In this document: piece by piece, positions 56,351-64,000 of the stretch
How the letters are laid out: each line of letters opens with the position of its first letter
Numbering within the stretch: the stretch's first letter is position 1
Source of the DNA: Paragordius varius
Lineage: Eukaryota > Animalia > Nematomorpha
Direction: 5' to 3'
DNA: 64,000 nt
Assembly (NCBI GenBank): GCA_964247055.1
Contig: OZ176050.1
Coordinates: 1,426,001-1,490,000 of the forward strand
The notes under the pieces: model-generated
Databases searched by the model: none
What the model was told of the DNA's origin: nothing
The model's input: only the letters and a program-made list of their open reading frames with translations
Made by a program: the position numbers and the translations under genes

Positions 56351-58850
56351 AAAAATCGGATATTGGTCACCGGTGAACAAAATTATTTTTTATACATTCT
56401 CTTAGTAGGACTACATCAAAATATAGAGATAGTTTGGCAAACTCTTTCATATCCGATTTTTACAACGATACTTTAAAAATTATGGTATTAAACCAGTCGT
56501 ATCAATACTCAAGTTAAACATTGTCCTTAAAAATCGGATATTGGTCACCGGTCAACAAAATTATTTTTTATACATTCTCTTAGTAAGACTACATCAAAAT
56601 ATAGAGATAGTTTGACAAATTCATTCATATCCGATTTTTACAACGATATTATAAATATTATTAAAACTAGTCCCATCAATACTCAAGTTAAACTTTGTCC
56701 TTAAAAATCGAATATACCCGTGAACAAAATTATTTTTTATACATTCTCTTAGTAGGACTACATCAAAATATAGAGATAGTTTGACAAACTCTTTCATATC
56801 CGATTTTTACAACGATACTTTAAAAATTATGGTATTAAACCAGTCGCATCAATACTCAAGTTAAACTTTCTCCTTAAAAATCGGATATTGATCACCGGTG
56901 AACAAAATTATTTTTTATACATTCTCTTAGTAAGACTACATCATAATATAGAGATAGTTTGACAAACTCTTTCATATCCGATTTTTACAACGATACTTTA
57001 AAAATTAATGTATTAAACTAGTCGCATCAATACTCAAGCTAAACATTGTCCTTAAAAATCGGATATTGGTCACCGGTGAACAAAACTATTTTTTATACAT
57101 TCTCTTAGTAAGACTACATCAAAATATAGAGATAGTTTGACAAACTCTTTCACATCCGATTTTTACAACGATACTTTAAAAATTAATGTATAAAACTAGT
57201 CGTATCAATAAATCGCATCAATACTCAAGTTAAACTTTGTCCTTAAAAATCGGATATTGGTCACCGGTGAACAAAATTATTTTTTATACATTCTCTTAGT
57301 ATGACTACATCAAAATATAGAGATAGTTTGGCAAACTCTTTCATATCCGATTTTTACAACGATACTTTAAAAATTATGGTATTAAACCAGGCGCATCAAT
57401 ACTCAAGTTAAACTTTGTCCTTAAAAATCGGATATTGGTCACCGGTGAACAAAATTATTTTTTATACATTCTCTTAGTATGACTACATCAAAATATAGAG
57501 ATAGTTTGGGAAACTCTTTCATATCCGATTTTTACAACGATACTTTAAAAATTAATGTATAAAACTAGTCGCATCAATACTCAAGCTAAACATTGTCCTT
57601 AAAAATCGGATATTTGTCACCGGTGAACAAAATTATTTTTTATACATTCTCTTAGTAGGACTACATCAAAATATAGAGATAGTTTGGCAAACTCTTTCAT
57701 AATCGATTTTTACAACGATACTTTAAAAATTAATGTATAAAACTAGAGGCATCAATACTCAAGTTAAACTTTGTCCTTAAAAATCAAATATTGCTCACCG
57801 GTGAACAAAATTATTTTTTATACATTCTCTTAGTAAGACTACATCAAAATATAGAAATAGTTTGACAAATTCTTTCATATCCGATTTTTACAACGATACT
57901 TTAAAAATTAATGTATTAAACTAGTCGCATCAATACTCAAGCTAAACATTGTCCTTAAAAATCGGATATTGGTCACCGGTGAACAAAACTATTTTTTATA
58001 CATTCTCTTAGTAAGACTACATCAAAATATAGAAATAGTTTGACATACTCTTTCACATCCGATTTTTACAACGATACTTTAAAAATTAATGTATAAAACT
58101 AGTCGTATCAATAAATCGCATCAATACTCAAGTTAAACTTTGTCCTTAAAAATCGGATATTGGTCACCGGTGAACAAAATTATTTTTTATACATTCTCTT
58201 AGTAGGACTACATCAAAATATAGAGATAGTTTGGCAAACTCTTTCATATCCGATTTTTACAACGATACTTTAAAAATTATGGTATTAAACCAGTCGTATC
58301 AATACTCAAGTTAAACTTTGTCCTTAAAAATCGGATATTGGTCACCGGTCAACAAAATTATTTTTTATACATTCTCTTAGTAAGACTACATCAAAATATA
58401 GAGATAGTTTGACAAATTCATTCATATCCGATTTTTACAACGATATTATAAATATTATTAAAACTAGTCCCATCAATACTCAAGTTAAACTTTGTCCTTA
58501 AAAATCGAATATACCCGTGAACAAAATTATTTTTTATACATTCTCTTAGTAGGACTACATCAAAATATAGAGATAGTTTGACAAACTCTTTCATATCCGA
58601 TTTTTACAACGATACTTTAAAAATTATGGTATTAAACCAGTCGCATCAATACTCAAGTTAAACTTTGTCCTTAAAAATCGGATATTGATCACCGGTGAAC
58701 AAAATTATTTTTTATACATTCTCTTAGTAAAACTACATCAAAATATAGAGATAGTTTGACAAACTCTTTCATATCCGATTTTTACAACGATACTTTAAAA
58801 ATTAATGTATTAAACTAGTCGCATCAATACTCAAGCTAAACATTGTCCTT
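55804..58850 (+). repeat. 10-monomer unit (1797 bp) at 55804-57600 with a 7-monomer repeat from 57601; a further related copy at 60990-62416
   Basis: tatttgtcac monomers at 55804, 57601 and 61168, each followed in order by atcaaat, gacatac, gtcgt, ggtcaac/agtccc, cccgtg and tattgatc monomers. Confidence 0.85.
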
Positions 58851-60456
58851 AAAAATCGGATATTGGTCACCGGTGAACAAAACTATTTTTTATGCATTCT
58901 CTTAGTAAGACTACATCAAAATATAGAGATAGTTTGACAAACTCTTTCATATCCGATTTTTACAACGATACTTTAAAAATTATGGTATTAAACCAGTCGC
59001 ATCAATACTCAAGTTAAACTTTCTCCTTAAAAATCGGATATTGATCACCGGTGAACAAAATTATTTTTTATACATTCTCTTAGTAAGACTACATCAAAAT
59101 ATAGAGATAGTTTGACAAACTCTTTCATATCCGATTTTTACAACGATACTTTAAAAATTAATGTATTAAACTAGTCGCATCAATACTCAAGCTAAACATT
59201 GTCCTTAAAAATCGGATATTGGTCACCGGTGAACAAAACTATTTTTTATACATTCTCTTAGTAAGACTACATCAAAATATAGAGATAGTTTGACAAACTC
59301 TTTCACATCCGATTTTTACAACGATACTTTAAAAATTAATGTATAAAACTAGTCGTATCAATAAATCGCATCAATACTCAAGTTAAACTTTGTCCTTAAA
59401 AATCGGATATTGGTCACCGGTGAACAAAATTATTTTTTATACATTCTCTTAGTAGGACTACATCAAAATATAGAGATAGTTTGGCAAACTCTTTCATATC
59501 CGATTTTTACAACGATACTTTAAAAATTATGGTATTAAACCAGTCGTATCAATACTCAAGTTAAACTTTGTCCTTAAAAATCGGATATTGGTCACCGGTC
59601 AACAAAATTATTTTTTATACATTCTCTTAGTAAGACTACATCAAAATATAGAGATAGTTTGACAAATTCATTCATATCCGATTTTTACAACGATATTATA
59701 AATATTATTAAAACTAGTCCCATCAATACTCAAGTTAAACTTTGTCCTTAAAAATCGAATATACCCGTGAACAAAATTATTTTTTATACATTCTCTTAGT
59801 AGGACTACATCAAAATATAGAGATAGTTTGACAAACTCTTTCATATCCGATTTTTACAACGATACTTTAAAAATTATGGTATTAAACCAGTCGCATCAAT
59901 ACTCAAGTTAAACTTTGTCCTTAAAAATCGGATATTGATCACCGGTGAACAAAATTATTTTTTATACATTCTCTTAGTAAAACTACATCAAAATATAGAG
60001 ATAGTTTGACAAACTCTTTCATATCCGATTTTTACAACGATACTTTAAAAATTAATGTATTAAACTAGTCGCATCAATACTCAAGCTAAACATTGTCCTT
60101 AAAAATCGGATATTGGTCACCGGTGAACAAAACTATTTTTTATGCATTCTCTTAGTAAGACTACATCAAAATATAGAGATAGTTTGACAAACTCTTTCAT
60201 ATCCGATTTTTACAACGATACTTTAAAAATTATGGTATTAAACCAGTCGCATCAATACTCAAGTTAAACTTTCTCCTTAAAAATCGGATATTGATCACCG
60301 GTGAACAAAATTATTTTTTATACATTCTCTTAGTAAGACTACATCAAAATATAGAGATAGTTTGACAAACTCTTTCATATCCGATTTTTACAACGATACT
60401 TTAAAAATTAATGTATTAAACTAGTCGCATCAATACTCAAGCTAAACATTGTCCTT
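58148..60456 (+). repeat. 7-monomer unit (1250 bp): copy at 58148-59397, near-complete second copy at 59398-60456
   Basis: ggtcaac at 58326 and 59576; cccgtg at 58500 and 59750; agtaaaac at 58673 and 59923; tatgcat/tttctcc at 58851 and 60101. Confidence 0.9.
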
Positions 60457-63400
60457 AAAAATCGGATATTGGTCACCGGTGAACAAAATTATTTTTTATA
60501 CATTCTCTTAGTATGACTACATCAAAATATAGAGATAGTTTGGCAAACTCTTTCATATCCGATTTTTACAACGATACTTTAAAAATTAATGTATAAAACT
60601 AGTCGCATCAATACTCAAGTTAAACTTTGTCCTTAAAAATCGGATATTGGTCACCGGTGAACAAAATTATTTTTTATACATTCTCTTAGTAAGACTACAT
60701 CAAAATATAGAAATAGTTTGACAAACTCTTTCATATCCGATTTTTACAACGATATTTAAAAAATAATGTATTAAACTAGTCGCATCAATACTCAAGTTAA
60801 ACTTTGTCCTTAAAAATCGGATATTGGTCACCGGTGAACAAAATTATTTTTTATATATTCTCTTAGCAAGACTACATCAAAATATAGAGATAGTTTGGCA
60901 AACTCTTTCATATCCGATTTTTACAACGATACTTTAAAAATTATGGTATTAAACCAGGCGCATCAATACTCAAGTTAAACTTTGTCCTTAAAAATCGGAT
61001 ATTGGTCACCGGTGAACAAAATTATTTTTTATACATTCTCTTAGTATGACTACATCAAAATATAGAGATAGTTTGGCAAACTCTTTCATATCCGATTTTT
61101 ACAACGATACTTTAAAAATTAATGTATAAAACTAGTCGCATCAATACTCAAGCTAAACATTGTCCTTAAAAATCGGATATTTGTCACCGGTGAACAAAAT
61201 TATTTTTTATACATTCTCTTAGTAGGACTACATCAAAATATAGAGATAGTTTGGCAAACTCTTTCATAATCGATTTTTACAACGATACTTTAAAAATTAA
61301 TGTATAAAACTAGAGGCATCAATACTCAAGTTAAACTTTGTCCTTAAAAATCAAATATTGCTCACCGGTGAACAAAATTATTTTTTATACATTCTCTTAG
61401 TAAGACTACATCAAAATATAGAAATAGTTTGACAAATTCTTTCATATCCGATTTTTACAACGATACTTTAAAAATTAATGTATTAAACTAGTCGCATCAA
61501 TACTCAAGCTAAACATTGTCCTTAAAAATCGGATATTGGTCACCGGTGAACAAAACTATTTTTTATACATTCTCTTAGTAAGACTACATCAAAATATAGA
61601 AATAGTTTGACATACTCTTTCACATCCGATTTTTACAACGATACTCAAAAAATTAATGTATAAAACTAGTCGTATCAATAAATCGCATCAATACTCAAGT
61701 TAAACTTTGTCCTTAAAAATCGGATATTGGTCACCGGTGAACAAAATTATTTTTTATACATTCTCTTAGTAGGACTACATCAAAATATAGAGATAGTTTG
61801 GCAAACTCTTTCATATCCTATTTTTACAACGATACTTTAAAAATTATGGTATTAAACCAGTCGTATCAATACTCAAGTTAAACTTTGTCCTTAAAAATCG
61901 GATATTGGTCACCGGTCAACAAAATTATTTTTTATACATTCTCTTAGTAAGACTACATCAAAATATAGAGATAGTTTGACAAATTCATTCATATCCGATT
62001 TTTACAACGATATTATAAATATTATTAAAACTAGTCCCATCAATACTCAAGTTAAACTTTGTCCTTAAAAATCGAATATACCCGTGAACAAAATTATTTT
62101 TTATACATTCTCTTAGTAGGACTACATCAAAATATAGAGATAGTTTGACAAACTCTTTCAATCCGATTTTTACAACGATACTTTAAAAATTATGGTATTA
62201 AACCAGTCGCATCAATACTCAAGTTAAAATTTGTCCTTAAAAATCGGATATTGATCACCGGTGAACAAAATTATTTTTTATACATTCTCTTAGTAAGACT
62301 ACATCAAAATATAGAGATAGTTTGACAAACTCTTTCATATCCGATTTTTACAACGATACTTTAAAAATTAATGTATTAAACTAGTCGCATCAATACTCAA
62401 GCTAAACATTGTCCTTAAAAATCGGATATTGGTCACCGGTGAACAAAACTATTTTTTATGCATTCTCTTAGTAAGACTACATCAAAATATAGAGATAGTT
62501 TGACAAACTCTTTCACATCCGATTTTTACAACGATACTTTAAAAATTAATGTATAAAACTAGTCGTATCAATAAATCGCATCAATACTCAAGTTAAACTT
62601 TGTCCTTAAAAATCGGATATTGGTTACCGGTGAACAAAATTATTTTTTATACATTCTCTTAGTATGACTACATCAAAATATAGAGATAGTTTGGCAAACT
62701 CTTTCATATCCGATTTTTACAACGATACTTTAAAAATTAATGTATAAAACTAGTCGCATCAATACTCAAGTTAAACTTTGTCCTTAAAAATCGGATATTG
62801 GTCACCGGTGAACAAAATTATTTTTTATACATTCTCTTAGTAAGACTACATCAAAATATAGAAATAGTTTGACAAACTCTTTCATATCCGATTTTTACAA
62901 TGATATTTAAAAATTAATGTATTAAACTAGTCGCATCAATACTCAAGTTAAACTTTGTCCTTAAAAATCGGATATTGGTCACCGGTGAACAAAATTATTT
63001 TTTATATATTCTCTTAGCAAGACTACATCAAAATATAGAGATAGTTTGGCAAACTCTTTCATATCCGATTTTTACAACGATACTTTAAAAATTATGGTAT
63101 TAAACCAGGCGCATCAATACTCAAGTTAAACTTTGTCCTTAAAAATCGGATATTGGTCACCGGTGAACAAAATTATTTTTTATACATTCTCTTCGTAAGA
63201 CTACATCAAAATATAGAGATAGTTTGACAAACTTTTTCATATCCGATTTTTACAACGATACTTTAAAAATTATGGTATTAAACCAGTCGCATCAATACTC
63301 AAGTTAAACTTTGTCCTTAAAAATCGGATATTGGTCACCGGTGAACAAAACTATTTTTTATACATTCTCTTAGTAAGACTACATCAAAATATAGAGATAG

Positions 63401-64000
63401 TTTGACAAACTCTCTTATATCCGATTTTTACAACGATACTTTAAAAATTAATGTATAAAACTAGTCGCATCAATACTCAAGCTAAACATTGTCCTTAAAA
63501 ATTGGATATTGGTCCCCGGAGAACAAAACTATTTTTTATACATTCTCTTAGTAAGACTACATCAAAATATAGAGATAGTTTGACAAACTCTTTCATATCC
63601 GATTTTTACAACGATATTTAAAAATTAATGTATAAAACTAGTCGTATCAATAAATCGCATCAATACTCAAGTTAAACTTTGGTTTTAAAAATCGGATAAT
63701 GGTCACCGGTGAACAAAATTATTTTTTATACATTCTCTTAGTAAGACTACATCAAAATATAGAGATAGTTTGACAAACTCTCTCATATCCGATTTTTACA
63801 ACGATACTTTAAAAATTAATGTATAAAACTAGTCGCATCAATACTCAAGCTAAACATTGTCCTTAAAAATCGGATATTTGTCACCGGTGAACAAAATTAT
63901 TTTTTATACATTCTCTTAGTAGGACTACATCAAAATATAGAGATAGTTTGGCAAACTCTTTCATAATCGATTTTTACAACGATACTTTAAAAATTAATGT

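Larger units (their letters stand above)
1..64000 (+). repeat. AT-rich tandem satellite DNA array, 178-bp consensus monomer (variants 167-191 bp), about 357 copies, all in one orientation
   Basis: The motif aaaaatcggatattggtcaccggtgaac recurs every 167-191 bp from base 1 to 63865 onward. I saw no non-satellite sequence and no reverse-complement monomers. The array runs off both window edges. Confidence 0.99.
49623..64000 (+). repeat. Satellite domain III
   Basis: Diagnostic variants: tatttgtcac/cataatcg/agaggc, atcaaatattgctc, aaaaagcgg, ggtcaac, agtatgac, cccgtg. The domain I-type atggtattaaacc variant returns here. Confidence 0.85.

Noticed and set aside
1-64000. CRISPR array or repeat-spacer system
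   Set aside because: The whole 178-bp unit repeats. There are no unique spacers between the palindromes, no leader and no cas genes.
1-64000. Protein-coding ORFs or a repeat-encoded protein
   Set aside because: The consensus has stops in all three plus frames (e.g. TGA 24, TAG 53, TAA 124) and all three minus frames (plus-strand tca 17, tta 33, tta 40). Open stretches are only tens of codons, and the 1-13 bp indels show no frame preservation.
1-64000. rDNA, 5S, tRNA or snRNA tandem gene array
   Set aside because: The unit is 27.5% GC, with no recognisable 5S or tRNA sequence, cloverleaf or Pol III A/B boxes.
1-64000. Assignment to a known family (Arabidopsis CEN178, alpha satellite) or CENP-B box
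   Set aside because: The shared length is not homology. I see no similarity to those consensus sequences as I recall them, and no TTCG-N4-A-N2-CGGG motif on either strand of the consensus. A database search is required.
1-64000. Monomer order as an information-bearing code or diversity-generating cassette system
   Set aside because: The variant order is explained by nested tandem and block duplications with chimeric junctions, which is ordinary satellite turnover. No recombinase, reverse transcriptase or expression site is present.
1-64000. Promoter or terminator calls (TATA-like, -10-like, hairpin plus T-run)
   Set aside because: Such motifs are expected by chance at 72% AT, and there is no gene for them to serve.

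Overview
The whole 64 kb window is one uninterrupted, head-to-tail, single-orientation satellite DNA array, almost certainly eukaryotic. It holds about 357 monomers by manual count; the last is cut off at 64000. Consensus monomer, 178 bp, about 27.5% GC: aaaaatcggatattggtcaccggtgaacaaaattattttttatacattctcttagtaagactacatcaaaatatagagatagtttgacaaactctttcatatccgatttttacaacgatactttaaaaattaatgtataaaactagtcgcatcaatactcaagttaaactttgtcctt. A common 191-bp variant carries a 13-bp imperfect duplication, and there are 167-177 bp deletion variants. I found no genes, RNA genes, transposon insertions, inversions or CRISPR array, and every consensus monomer has stop codons in all six frames. I cannot identify the host or satellite family from the sequence. 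It does not match the Arabidopsis CEN178 or primate alpha-satellite consensus as I recall them. I see no support for a new protein-coding or defence system. The notable content is structural. (1) Each monomer carries several dyads: a perfect 14-bp inverted-repeat pair, an 18-bp near-palindrome, and 6-1-6 and 5-1-5 palindromes. The main polymorphic site and several recurrent deletions fall on them. (2) The array is layered into three variant-defined domains (about 1-21.9 kb, 22.3-47.2 kb and 49.6-64 kb) separated by short, more diverged zones. The two outer domains resemble each other. (3) There are many local, nested higher-order repeats of 2 to about 36 monomers instead of one fixed HOR. All coordinates and counts come from manual monomer parsing and should be confirmed computationally.
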